From Candidatus Altimarinota bacterium (GTDB taxonomy: Bacteria; Patescibacteriota; Gracilibacteria; CAIRYL01): 64,000 nucleotides of DNA. The position numbers were made by a program, and so were the translations under genes. Each line of letters opens with the position of its first letter. Position 1 is the stretch's first letter. Below the pieces are notes generated by a model that ran no database searches, was not told the DNA's origin, and saw only the letters and a list, made by a program, of their open reading frames with translations. The stretch covers positions 121,065-185,064 of the forward strand of contig OZ252287.1 in NCBI GenBank assembly GCA_965250085.1, in the 5' to 3' direction. Below are positions 55,897 through 64,000 of this stretch, piece by piece.

Positions 55897-57912
55897 ATGG
55901 ATATCACACTCGTTGTTTCTTTTGCAGTAGCGGTTGCTAGTCTTTTGTATGCCGGCTATAACACCTACCGAGTATTGCAGCACGAAGCTGGAAATGAAAA
56001 AATGCAAGACATTGCCGCCTCTATCCAGGAAGGAGCAATGGCATACATGAATCGTCAGTTCAAAACCGTAGCAGTGTTTGCACTGCTTATATTTGCCTTT
56101 ATGTACTGGAGACTCGATCCCTATATTGCGTGGACATTTCTGGTGGGAGCGGTGTTTTCGGCCATTGCCGGATATGTGGGGATGCATGTGTCAGTACGGG
56201 CCAATGTGAGGACTGCAGCTGCGGCAAAAAAAGGCTTGAAAGAGGCACTTTCTGTCGCTTTTCGAGGAGGATCGGTAACCGGTCTTGCGGTCGTGGGCCT
56301 TGCCCTTCTTGGAATATCCGGACTCTATCTCCTCTATCTAGAACTCAATATTCCCGCAGAAGAGATTCCTCATCTGTTGATCGGATTTGGATTTGGAGCT
56401 TCTCTTATTTCACTCTTTGCTCGTCTCGGAGGAGGTATCTTTACCAAAGCGGCCGATGTGGGAGCGGATTTGGTAGGAAAAATAGAAGCGGGAATCCCAG
56501 AAGATGACCCCAGAAATCCGGCCACTATCGCGGATAATGTGGGAGATAACGTAGGAGATTGTGCGGGTATGGGAGCGGATCTTTTTGAAACCTATGCAGT
56601 AACTTTGATTGCTGCCATGATTTTAGCAGTGTCAGGAGGGGAGAGTATTGAATATCCACTGGCTCTGGGAGCAGTGGCCGTCGTGGCAACTATGATAAGT
56701 ATCAATTTTGTAAAAACAAACAGTAAAAAGGGGATCATGAAGGCACTGTACAAAGGAATGGGAGTGGCGCAGGTACTCTCTCTTATTGGATTTTATTTTG
56801 TGACCGATTATCTTCTCGGACATGGTGCCATGTCACTCTTTTACACAACAGTCGTCGGAGCCGTGATCACAGTGCTTACTATTGTGATTACTGAATACTA
56901 CACTTCCACGGAGTACAAACCGGTGAAAGAAGTAGCCAAGGCATCTGAAACAGGAGCGGGAACTAATCTGATCATTGGTCTTTCTGCCGGAATGGAGAGC
57001 ACGATATTGATTGTTCTTCTCATTGTCGGTGGTATCATCGCGTCTTACAGTTTTGCGGGGCTGTATGGAATAGCTATTGCCGCTGTCTCCATGCTGAGCA
57101 CCACAGGAATGGTGATCGCTATGGATACGTATGGACCTATTACTGATAATGCTGGAGGGATCGCAGAAATGGCAGAACTTCCTTCTGGAGTACGTGATGT
57201 GACCGATGCACTCGATGCAGTGGGAAATACCACAAAAGCCGTGACCAAAGGATATGCTATTGGTTCCGCAGCACTGGCGGCACTGGTGCTCTTCCAAGAT
57301 TACAACCAAGCGCTCACAGATGCGACAGGAGTCCACACGACTTTTGATCTGACGGATTATCGAGTTATTGTTGGACTTTTCCTGGGAGGACTTGTTCCCT
57401 ATGCATTCTCTTCTGTGGCAATGAAAGCCGTAGGAAAAGCAGCTCATTCAGTAGTAGAAGAAGTGCGTAGACAGTTTCGAGATATCAAAGGTATCATGGA
57501 AGGAACAGCGCGCCCAGACTACAAGCGATGTGTTGATATTGTGACCAAAGCTGCACTCAAAGAAATGATCATTCCCGCACTTATTGCGGTACTTTCACCA
57601 ATTCTTGTTGGATTTGTTCTCGGTGCAGAAGCACTTGGAGGGCTTTTGATTGGAGTGATCGTCTCCGGACTTTTGATGGCCATATCTATGGCAAATGGGG
57701 GAGCAACGTGGGATAACGCTAAGAAGTATATCGAAGATGGTCATCATGGTGGAAAAGGATCTGAAGCACACAAAGCTGCCGTTGTGGGGGACACCGTGGG
57801 AGATCCATATAAAGACACCGCAGGACCAGCTCTCAATGCTCTGATTAAAGTGATCAATACGATTGCGCTTCTTATTGCTGCAGGCGTTGTGAGCTTTGGA
57901 GGACTCTTGTAA
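55897..57912 (+). CDS. hppA: membrane-integral proton-pumping pyrophosphatase
   Basis: 671-aa ORF. '[18 protein letters not shown]' and '[21 protein letters not shown]'. '[19 protein letters not shown]' has Lys in the GNTT(K/A)A position, which is associated with K+-independent enzymes. Confidence 0.95.
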   Translation: MDITLVVSFAVAVASLLYAGYNTYRVLQHEAGNEKMQDIAASIQEGAMAYMNRQFKTVAVFALLIFAFMYWRLDPYIAWTFLVGAVFSAIAGYVGMHVSVRANVRTAAAAKKGLKEALSVAFRGGSVTGLAVVGLALLGISGLYLLYLELNIPAEEIPHLLIGFGFGASLISLFARLGGGIFTKAADVGADLVGKIEAGIPEDDPRNPATIADNVGDNVGDCAGMGADLFETYAVTLIAAMILAVSGGESIEYPLALGAVAVVATMISINFVKTNSKKGIMKALYKGMGVAQVLSLIGFYFVTDYLLGHGAMSLFYTTVVGAVITVLTIVITEYYTSTEYKPVKEVAKASETGAGTNLIIGLSAGMESTILIVLLIVGGIIASYSFAGLYGIAIAAVSMLSTTGMVIAMDTYGPITDNAGGIAEMAELPSGVRDVTDALDAVGNTTKAVTKGYAIGSAALAALVLFQDYNQALTDATGVHTTFDLTDYRVIVGLFLGGLVPYAFSSVAMKAVGKAAHSVVEEVRRQFRDIKGIMEGTARPDYKRCVDIVTKAALKEMIIPALIAVLSPILVGFVLGAEALGGLLIGVIVSGLLMAISMANGGATWDNAKKYIEDGHHGGKGSEAHKAAVVGDTVGDPYKDTAGPALNALIKVINTIALLIAAGVVSFGGLL

Positions 57913-57944
57913 GTTTTTAAAGTTCGTAAAGTTTGTAAAGTAGA
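57909..57944 (+). repeat. about 3.5 tandem copies of a 9-mer (TAAAGTTYG)
   Basis: Read directly: ..GTAAGTTTT TAAAGTTCG TAAAGTTTG TAAAGTAGA. The run begins at the hppA stop codon. Confidence 0.7.
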
Positions 57945-57960
57945 AAGATTCTTATAATTA

Positions 57961-58030
57961 CTGACAACTGACAACTGACAACTGACTACTGACTACTTAC
58001 TCACCGACTTACTGATCCACTTATTCACTT
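57961..58030 (+). repeat. heptanucleotide tandem repeat (CTGACAA x3, CTGACTA x2, then ~5 degenerate units)
   Basis: Read directly. The five good units span 57961-57995. Degenerate units (CTTACTC ACCGACT TACTGAT CCACTTA TTCACTT) run up to the yhhQ start. TATAAT at 57953-57958 immediately precedes the array. Confidence 0.85.
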
Positions 58031-58034
58031 GCCG

Positions 58035-58742
58035 ATGAACGAACTTCTTTTTCTCGGATTTACTCTATTTTTACTGGGAGTCAATCTCGCTGCATTTCGA
58101 GATGGAAAAACCTATGTATTTGTACTCATCGGACTGTATGCGGTGATAATGAATATCTTTGTCACGAAACAATTTGATCTGTTTGGATATGCTATCACTG
58201 GAGGAAATGCACTCTATGGAGCCAGTTTCCTCCTTACAGATCTCCTTTCTGAGCATTATGGAAAAAAAGAGGCATATAAAGCCGTATGGGTCGGATTTCT
58301 CTCTATGACAGTATTTGTGATAACAACGCAGGTATTGCTTGCATTTCAGGTGAATGAAATGGATTTTGTGCAAGGATCTCTCCAGACACTCTTTAGCGTG
58401 ACGCCACGCATCCTTTTTGGGTCTTTCCTCGCATATGCCATTGCTCAAAGCTTTGACGTATGGATGTTTGCCAAAATTAAACAGTGGACAAGGGGAAAAT
58501 GGCTCTTTCTGCGTAATAATGGATCTACTCTGATTTCGCAGTTTATCGATAGCGTGATCTTTACAGCCGTAGGACTTACGACTTTCGCCTTTGTCCCATG
58601 GGAGGGGATTATCAGCACGGATATCTTCTGGGAAGTCACCCTCGCTACCTATGTGATCAAGGTCATTGTAGCGCTCATTGATACGCCGTTTTTGTACTTG
58701 AGTTATAAGTTTTTACCAAAAGAAAAACTAGAAAATAGTTAA
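58035..58742 (+). CDS. yhhQ: queuosine-precursor transporter (VUT/DUF165 family, YhhQ-like)
   Basis: 'GGNALYGASFLLTDLLSEHYGKKEAYKAVWVGF' and 'LRNNGSTLISQFIDSVIF' are typical of YhhQ/VUT proteins. About 6 TM helices. Confidence 0.85.
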   Translation: MNELLFLGFTLFLLGVNLAAFRDGKTYVFVLIGLYAVIMNIFVTKQFDLFGYAITGGNALYGASFLLTDLLSEHYGKKEAYKAVWVGFLSMTVFVITTQVLLAFQVNEMDFVQGSLQTLFSVTPRILFGSFLAYAIAQSFDVWMFAKIKQWTRGKWLFLRNNGSTLISQFIDSVIFTAVGLTTFAFVPWEGIISTDIFWEVTLATYVIKVIVALIDTPFLYLSYKFLPKEKLENS

Positions 58743-58774
58743 ATGAATAAATAATTTATACTTGAACAAATATT

Positions 58775-59866
58775 TTATTCATCAGTAGTTACCGCATTAA
58801 GAATTACTCGAGATGTTATATCAGGAAGTGAAATTTCAATTACTTTTTTTGGATTAATATAGTCTCCATATTCTTCTCGTTCTTCATTCCAATCCCAGTG
58901 ACCGCCTAATTCATAGCGAACAATAGATGTATTTTTATTATACTCACAATAAGAGTTGAATAATTCATCTTCACTACTTAGTTTTGTTGCAATATTAAAA
59001 ATAATTTCAAAGTCCGGTACGCTATATATTAGTCCATAGAATTCTCCAGCGAATTCATTGCTGGCGCAAGTAATGAGAAATTTTTCATCAGGAGAAAAAT
59101 CCATAAGATCTGGAAAATGGTTTTGCAAAACAACAGCATTACTTTTAATATTATAAATTCTTCCCCCACTGTATTCCCACCCCCATGCTGTGTAAACCAA
59201 ATAATTCCCTTTTGGTGAAAATTGAGGATCAGAAAATCGTAATCCTCCTGTTACTATATTATCGTCCGCTTGTTCAATAATGACCTCTTGATCATTCTCC
59301 ACGAGCATAACTAAGCTGAGGTCATTTTCAAGTTTTGCATATGCCTTACGATTTTCTAGATATGCAATTTCACCAAATATTCTTTCTGAAACAATAGGTT
59401 GTAAGAATTTATTATGCACAACCTCCGTAATAACTCTATAGTGAGACTCTCCTGAGTTTTCTTGTATACTGACAACAAACTCATACGTATTTAGATCCAC
59501 TTGAGAAAAATTATATGGATGAGCTGCAGTAGTATCTTTATACCATTCACTGTAAACCTCAAAAGATGGGGATTTCGTCTGGTACATATCGTACGCTTCT
59601 AACAATTTTTGCTCTGAAAGGAGAGAATAATATTTTTGTATAGTGGTAATGTTTGGATCTTCTCCGGAGATTAATTCAAGTGGCTCAATTTGCTCCGATG
59701 GTAACTCAGGGGTCTCTGATTCAAATCCCTCAATTATCTCTGGCTCTATCTCTATAATTGATTCGGATTCTGGCATAAGTGCAGACTCTATTGGGCTTTG
59801 AGTTTCCAAATGTTGGCAACCGATCAAGAAAAACAGAAAACAAAGGAAGAAAAAGAGATGTTTCAT
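58775..59866 (-). CDS. lipoprotein with PD40/TolB-like beta-propeller-type repeats (hypothetical)
   Basis: 363-aa ORF. Lipobox 'FFLIGCQH'. 'FSPKGNYLVYTAWGW' and 'FSPDEKFLITCASN' resemble PD40 repeats. Confidence 0.55.
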   Translation of the reverse strand: MKHLFFFLCFLFFLIGCQHLETQSPIESALMPESESIIEIEPEIIEGFESETPELPSEQIEPLELISGEDPNITTIQKYYSLLSEQKLLEAYDMYQTKSPSFEVYSEWYKDTTAAHPYNFSQVDLNTYEFVVSIQENSGESHYRVITEVVHNKFLQPIVSERIFGEIAYLENRKAYAKLENDLSLVMLVENDQEVIIEQADDNIVTGGLRFSDPQFSPKGNYLVYTAWGWEYSGGRIYNIKSNAVVLQNHFPDLMDFSPDEKFLITCASNEFAGEFYGLIYSVPDFEIIFNIATKLSSEDELFNSYCEYNKNTSIVRYELGGHWDWNEEREEYGDYINPKKVIEISLPDITSRVILNAVTTDE

Positions 59867-60029
59867 ATTCTTTGGATGAAATTTAGTCGTAGCAACGTAG
59901 CAGTACTACGCTATTACAGTACGGAATAATATGAAATTATTCAAATTGAATGCCTTTTGAGCTTACCGATATTTATCCTTTGTACAATATATATGATGTA
60001 ATGCTATGCCGGAAGATACCGAATAAAAA

Positions 60030-60500
60030 TTAATTGGGATAATTATGATCATGCATATTTCCAGGAAGTGTGATTAAAATTAAATCTATTAAAAAGCTTA
60101 TATGTTGTATTTCAAGCCAATTAATACTTTGAGCAAATTCTAAAATATGCTTGAGATCAGAAATGTTTTCAATTCCTTCAATAAATTTTTGCCTATAACT
60201 TAGGATTTCATCTTTAATATTTCTCATATTTTTTACTTCTTCTACACGAGGAGGATGAGCAGAAGGATCAATTTTTAAGTAGAACTGATAAGGAGGATTT
60301 ACTAAATTATTAAGCGTAACTCCTAAATCTTGAATAAGACATAAAAGAACTTCATCAGAAGACAGCCCTGATGATGTTTTTCTTTCATTCTCAGATCCAA
60401 AATCCAACGGGACTTCTAATTCATGTATTTGCATAAGAGTAATTATATTACAAAAATATATTAATATTTTTATAAAAAACCAATTGAAAATATTTCTCAT
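60030..60500 (-). CDS. hypothetical protein
   Basis: 156-aa ORF with no recognisable motif. Confidence 0.4.
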   Translation of the reverse strand: MRNIFNWFFIKILIYFCNIITLMQIHELEVPLDFGSENERKTSSGLSSDEVLLCLIQDLGVTLNNLVNPPYQFYLKIDPSAHPPRVEEVKNMRNIKDEILSYRQKFIEGIENISDLKHILEFAQSINWLEIQHISFLIDLILITLPGNMHDHNYPN

Positions 60501-60609
60501 AGATTTAGAATTCTGAGAAGGCCTTGAATCGAACGTAAATTTGCTCTGGCTGTAAAATGTCTATATGAATCATCGTATTGCTACAATTGATGAACACCTC
60601 CTAAATATT

Positions 60610-60631
60610 TTGCACAAGATACATTGTGCAA
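60610..60631. promoter_or_regulatory. 8-bp inverted repeat TTGCACAA-N6-TTGTGCAA (operator or weak terminator candidate)
   Basis: Read directly, in the spacer between the grpE stop (60685) and the next minus-strand ORF start (60500). Confidence 0.3.
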
Positions 60632-60684
60632 AGTTATATAAATAGTGAAGTGACTCCTCCCCTCTCTAAAACCTATTGAAAATA

Positions 60685-61158
60685 TTATTTTTCTCCCACG
60701 GCAACTTTTGCAGGTCTCAAAATTTTTCCATGTAAGAGATATCCTTTTTGTAAAATTTTGGTCACAGTCCCCTTTTTCCCTTCTGCATCCATCACAACCG
60801 CCTCATGGCGCGCAGGGTCGAGTTCTCCGCCGGTTTCATTGATTTCCTGCAATCCTTCTTTTTTGAGCTCGGTAAAAAGCTGTTTTTCAAGAACAAGGAC
60901 ACCTTGCACCCATTCATTACTTTCCAGTTCTTCCGGGAGATTCTGAAGAGCCAGATCAAAATTATCAAATGTGGGAAGGAGAGGCTTCAGAATTGATCTT
61001 CCTGCCTCAAAAACAAGTCGAGAGCGATCTTCATCACCCCTACGGCGCATATTTTGCAAATCAGCATTGAGACGCAATATATTTGCTTTCGCTTCACTGA
61101 GTTTTTGTTCCAGCTCTTTTGTTTTTTGAGAAGTATCTTTATTGGCTTTCTTGGGCAT
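60685..61158 (-). CDS. grpE: nucleotide exchange factor GrpE
   Basis: Start at 'MPKKANKD'. Coiled-coil 'ANILRLNADLQNMRRRGDEDR' and C-terminal 'DPARHEAVVMD...VTKILQKGYLLHGKILRPAKVAV'. Confidence 0.9.
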   Translation of the reverse strand: MPKKANKDTSQKTKELEQKLSEAKANILRLNADLQNMRRRGDEDRSRLVFEAGRSILKPLLPTFDNFDLALQNLPEELESNEWVQGVLVLEKQLFTELKKEGLQEINETGGELDPARHEAVVMDAEGKKGTVTKILQKGYLLHGKILRPAKVAVGEK

Positions 61159-62605
61159 TATTTTGGGAAAAAAAGTCAGCAAAATTATTGAGGATATCCT
61201 CGAGAGGTCGAGGTTCTTCTTTTTTTGGTGGTTCTAAATGAGCGAGTATATTTTGCGTAAAAAGGTCCTTAAAATCAATATTTTGCCATTCTTCACCAGA
61301 GATAGCAGTAAGGGCACTTTGAGAAAAAATTCCATTTTCAACTCCTAGCAAAAGTGGTGTCTCTCCAGTTCTGAGAAGGTGTTCTTTGGATTTTTGAGGA
61401 GAAAACGTCAGTATCTCTACGAGAGACCATGCAAATTCTGGGTGCTGTGTATCTTCAGATATTCCTAATCCCCAGATGGTTCCGTATGTTTGGGCGTTTT
61501 GTGTATTAAATTGTGGCAGAAGGTGCAGCTCAAAATCTCTTTCTTTGAGATCATTTGTTTTAGGATTTGTGTTATTTCTGAGTTTTTCTTTTACACGAGC
61601 AGCAGTGCGTTCATTCCCAAAGAGAACTCCTATCTTCCCCTCTAAAAAAGCAGTTTCCTCCCCTCTTTTTTGAATACTGGAGGGAATATCTTTTGCAAAA
61701 CTCAAAAGAAATGAAAGTGCATCAAGCGCTGATTTTTGATGAAAATTCTGAGTACGTGATTGATGGAGAAGAGATAAAAAAACCTCAAATGTAAATGAAG
61801 AAAATTCTGCATCCCCCAAACTAATAGGCAAAATCTTTTTTGGATCTGAGAACTGTTTATATTTTTGAAAGTTTTGAAACAGTTCTGCCCATGTGTTTCC
61901 TGGCTTGTTGGCGACAAATATACGATCATCAGTGAGAAGTGCCGAATTAGACAGCATAACAACAAAATTTCCAAATAATGGAGCGGCAAAAACACTCTCC
62001 TCTTCAGTAAATCTGAGAGATACAGGATAAAAATCTTTTTTGATTTTTTTTACGGAAAAAATGTGATTTGGTGCAGGGAGTAAGTTTTTATTCTTCTTGA
62101 ATTTTAGAAAATATTCTTCATTTACCAAAAAAATATCAGGCGAGGAGTTTCTCTGAAATGCCTTTTGAAGTTCATCAAAATAGACATCTTCAGATGCAAA
62201 AGTGGTCAAATGTAATGAAAGTTGAGGATATTTACCCTCAAGTCGCTGAAAATATTGCGTATATATTTCTGCAGTTTCTCCTAAAATCCAGATGCTAAGC
62301 TCCGTTTCCGTTTCAGGAAGGAGAAGCTCTATTTTTCTTTCTGAAACCCGGCCAAGCTCATATAATAGACGCTTGTACATATTGTCTGATGTTTTTATGA
62401 ATGTAGTAAGATGGAAAAAATAAGAAGCAGGAAATGGAGCATGCGAAAAAATAAAACTCTGTAATGTGCTTTTGTACACAGCAGAGGGAAGTGAAGATTG
62501 AGGTGCTTGAGCGCTTATAGAAGATGTCCCCAGAAAGCAGAACGCAAAAAAAAGAAAGATACCTCTCTGGAAGACTGAAAAAGAATTTTTTATGATACAA
62601 GGCAT
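61139..62605 (-). CDS. secreted protein resembling an extracellular solute-binding protein (family 1) - tentative
   Basis: Signal-like 'GIFLFFAFCFLGTSSISAQA'. 'LSIWILGETAEIYTQYFQRLEGKYPQLSLHLTTFASEDVYFDELQKAFQRNSSPDIFLVNEEYF' resembles the SBP_bac_1 N-lobe. Divergent. Confidence 0.5.
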   Translation of the reverse strand: MPCIIKNSFSVFQRGIFLFFAFCFLGTSSISAQAPQSSLPSAVYKSTLQSFIFSHAPFPASYFFHLTTFIKTSDNMYKRLLYELGRVSERKIELLLPETETELSIWILGETAEIYTQYFQRLEGKYPQLSLHLTTFASEDVYFDELQKAFQRNSSPDIFLVNEEYFLKFKKNKNLLPAPNHIFSVKKIKKDFYPVSLRFTEEESVFAAPLFGNFVVMLSNSALLTDDRIFVANKPGNTWAELFQNFQKYKQFSDPKKILPISLGDAEFSSFTFEVFLSLLHQSRTQNFHQKSALDALSFLLSFAKDIPSSIQKRGEETAFLEGKIGVLFGNERTAARVKEKLRNNTNPKTNDLKERDFELHLLPQFNTQNAQTYGTIWGLGISEDTQHPEFAWSLVEILTFSPQKSKEHLLRTGETPLLLGVENGIFSQSALTAISGEEWQNIDFKDLFTQNILAHLEPPKKEEPRPLEDILNNFADFFSQNNAQESQ

Positions 62606-62630
62606 TTCTGCTACAAAATAAGAAAAAAGA

Positions 62631-63359
62631 TTAATTTTCCAGAAATTTCTCATTCAAAAATGTTCGAGTTGCTTCGAGTGCAATGATATTTCTTTTATAG
62701 GGCATTCTCATTGGTCCTAAAATCCCGATACTCCCCTTCTTTCCTAAAATATCAAACTCCGAAACCAGGAGAGAGCACGTTTCAAAGTCTTCCAAAAAAT
62801 TCTCTGACCCGATAAATAAATTAATTTCTTCCCCTACTTCCATTTTCTCCAGAGCATCTGCAAAATCTTCTTCGAGTACTTTTACTATCTGGCTCGCCAA
62901 ATCTGTATTTTTTTGAAACTCTGGCTCTCTCAAAATGTTAGAGATTCCCAAAAAAAATGTTTGATGCGCACTGGGAACAGTAGCAAAAGCAATATTGGGG
63001 GTAATTTTTGTCAAAATAGAAATCGCATCAAACACTCTTTGATCCGCAAGCTTTTCATTATAGTGTTCATCTCGTGCCAAAGAAAACTCTGTTTGCACCT
63101 TTTTTTTCTCAGCAGCACTTATTCCCAATTCATCTACATAAAATCGATATCCTCGAGCTGTAGGGACTCTTCCAGCAGAAGTATGAGGGTGTTCCAAAAA
63201 TCCTTCTTTTTCCAGGAGTGCCATCTCATTACGAATCGTTGCTGGTGAAATATGAAAATGTTCTTTTTCCTGAATCACCTTACTTCCCACAGGACTGGCT
63301 GTAGTAATAAAGTTGCGAATAATCGCCTTTAAGATGCTTTGTCTCCTCTGTTTCATCAT
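62631..63359 (-). CDS. hrcA: heat-inducible transcription repressor HrcA (short form, 242 aa)
   Basis: 'RRQSILKAIIRNFITTASPVGSKVIQEKEHFHISPATIRNEMALLEKEGFLEHPHTSAGRVPTARGYRFYVDEL' and C-terminal 'GSIGILGPMRMPYKRNI'. Confidence 0.9.
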   Translation of the reverse strand: MMKQRRQSILKAIIRNFITTASPVGSKVIQEKEHFHISPATIRNEMALLEKEGFLEHPHTSAGRVPTARGYRFYVDELGISAAEKKKVQTEFSLARDEHYNEKLADQRVFDAISILTKITPNIAFATVPSAHQTFFLGISNILREPEFQKNTDLASQIVKVLEEDFADALEKMEVGEEINLFIGSENFLEDFETCSLLVSEFDILGKKGSIGILGPMRMPYKRNIIALEATRTFLNEKFLEN

Positions 63360-63366
63360 CTTTATT

Positions 63367-63393
63367 TTAGCAGAAACAAGGCAAGACTGCCAG
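63367..63393. promoter_or_regulatory. degenerate CIRCE-like inverted repeat just upstream of hrcA
   Basis: On the minus strand it reads CTGGCAGTC-N9-TTCTGCTAA, matching 6 of 9 positions in each arm of TTAGCACTC-N9-GAGTGCTAA. It ends 7 nt before the hrcA start codon. Confidence 0.3.
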
Positions 63394-63615
63394 TATAGTC
63401 ATGTACCAAATGCGGCAAGTAGGAAGCAGTAAGGAATAAGAATTAAGGAGCAGGTAGCAAAGGTTTAAAATGAATTTTTGCTGATTCATGTTTCAAAGGA
63501 ACTCTTTCAGGGTTCTATAATTCATGTTCCATGATTCTTCATTCGTAATTGATTACATTTGTATATGGAGTTTAATTTTAATAATTGTTAAAATAATATT
63601 AGTTTATAACTATTT

Positions 63616-64000
63616 ATGACCTCAAATCTATCTGCCGTCTATCAAAAACGTATTCTTCTGGTAGAGGATGAAGCTCCTTTGAGAAGAATATTTTCCCAAA
63701 GGCTCCAAAAAAGAGGCTTTCAAGTATTGGAAGCTTCGGGTGGACTGGAAGGACTCGAGATAGCTCTTAAAAAGATTCCGGACCTTATTTTGCTGGATAT
63801 CATCATGCCAGGTATGAACGGTTTAACGATGCTGAGGAAATTAAGAAAAGTCCATCAGGGAAAAAATATCCCCGTTATTATTCTCTCCAATGTTGAAAAT
63901 CTAGAAATGGCTATCAGTCTTTTTGATCATGGATATTCTTATGCACAAAACATTTCTCCTGCAGAGAGTACGTCTGAACATATCAAAAAGTATTTAGACA
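63616..64000 (+). CDS. response regulator receiver domain protein (3' end beyond the window)
   Basis: Hand-translated: 'MTSNLSAVYQKRILLVEDEAPLRRIFSQRLQKRGFQVLEASGGLEGLEIALKKIPDLILLDIIMPGMNGLTMLRKLRK...PVIILSN'. This gives the DD...D...T/S...K receiver layout. The ORF is still open at the window end. Confidence 0.85.
   Translation, partial: MTSNLSAVYQKRILLVEDEAPLRRIFSQRLQKRGFQVLEASGGLEGLEIALKKIPDLILLDIIMPGMNGLTMLRKLRKVHQGKNIPVIILSNVENLEMAISLFDHGYSYAQNISPAESTSEHIKKYLD

Noticed and set aside
57913-58034. A preQ1 riboswitch upstream of the YhhQ-type transporter.
   Set aside because: The expected short hairpin followed by an A-rich tail and pseudoknot-forming C-rich segment is absent. The spacer is almost entirely tandem repeats.
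1-64000. Possible alternative genetic code (UGA recoding, as in some candidate phyla).
   Set aside because: Long conserved ORFs (dnaA, clpC, hppA, rhs) are uninterrupted under the standard code, and several genes clearly terminate at TGA (for example the helicase at 1781-1783). There is no sign of recoding.
1-64000. CRISPR arrays or rRNA genes.
   Set aside because: I found no regularly spaced 25-40 bp direct repeats with unique spacers, and no rRNA-like conserved stretches. The only tandem repeats are the short 7-9 bp arrays reported above.

Overview
This is a 64-kb bacterial window that looks AT-rich by eye. It uses the standard genetic code: long ORFs are intact and several end in TGA. Most of it is housekeeping genes in short, poorly syntenic units: dnaA, secD, clpC, hflX, hup, trxA, gpmA, hppA, hrcA, grpE, carA, ribH, rnhA, tsaB-like and one tRNA-Gln(UUG). 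I saw no rRNA and no CRISPR array. Several features suggest a reduced-genome CPR/Patescibacteria-like organism, but this is inference only. Those features are a DUF4012 protein, a VirB4-like ATPase, a membrane pyrophosphatase, and orphan carA, ribH and ketosynthase genes. Two apparently complete IS elements are present. One is IS30-family (10093-11106). The other is IS1595/IS1016-like (16897-17606), flanked by a perfect 8-bp target-site duplication. The standout accessory region is 17.6-29.8 kb. It holds a secreted RCC1-propeller protein and a 2117-aa Sec-signal SpvB/FG-GAP/RHS cocoon (fused TcB/TcC-like) polymorphic toxin. That toxin's C-terminal domain matches nothing I recognise, and a polytopic membrane protein follows it as an immunity candidate. 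Downstream lies an array of orphan Rhs-core/toxin cassettes: a lipase-like toxin with a small membrane protein, a short relic, and a truncated or frameshifted cassette. These share long direct repeats with the main gene. Other points worth a second look: a membrane-anchored RelA/SpoT homolog with a substituted synthetase motif; a perfect CIRCE operator between clpC and carA; a stop-codon-free, foldable ~115-nt element upstream of a Crp/Fnr gene; heptamer and nonamer tandem repeats upstream of yhhQ; a NYN-domain gene with a tightly coupled 47-aa acidic ORF next to the tRNA; an isolated ketosynthase/acyl-CoA dehydrogenase pair; a transporter-HEAT fusion beside dnaA; and a frameshifted isochorismatase-family gene.
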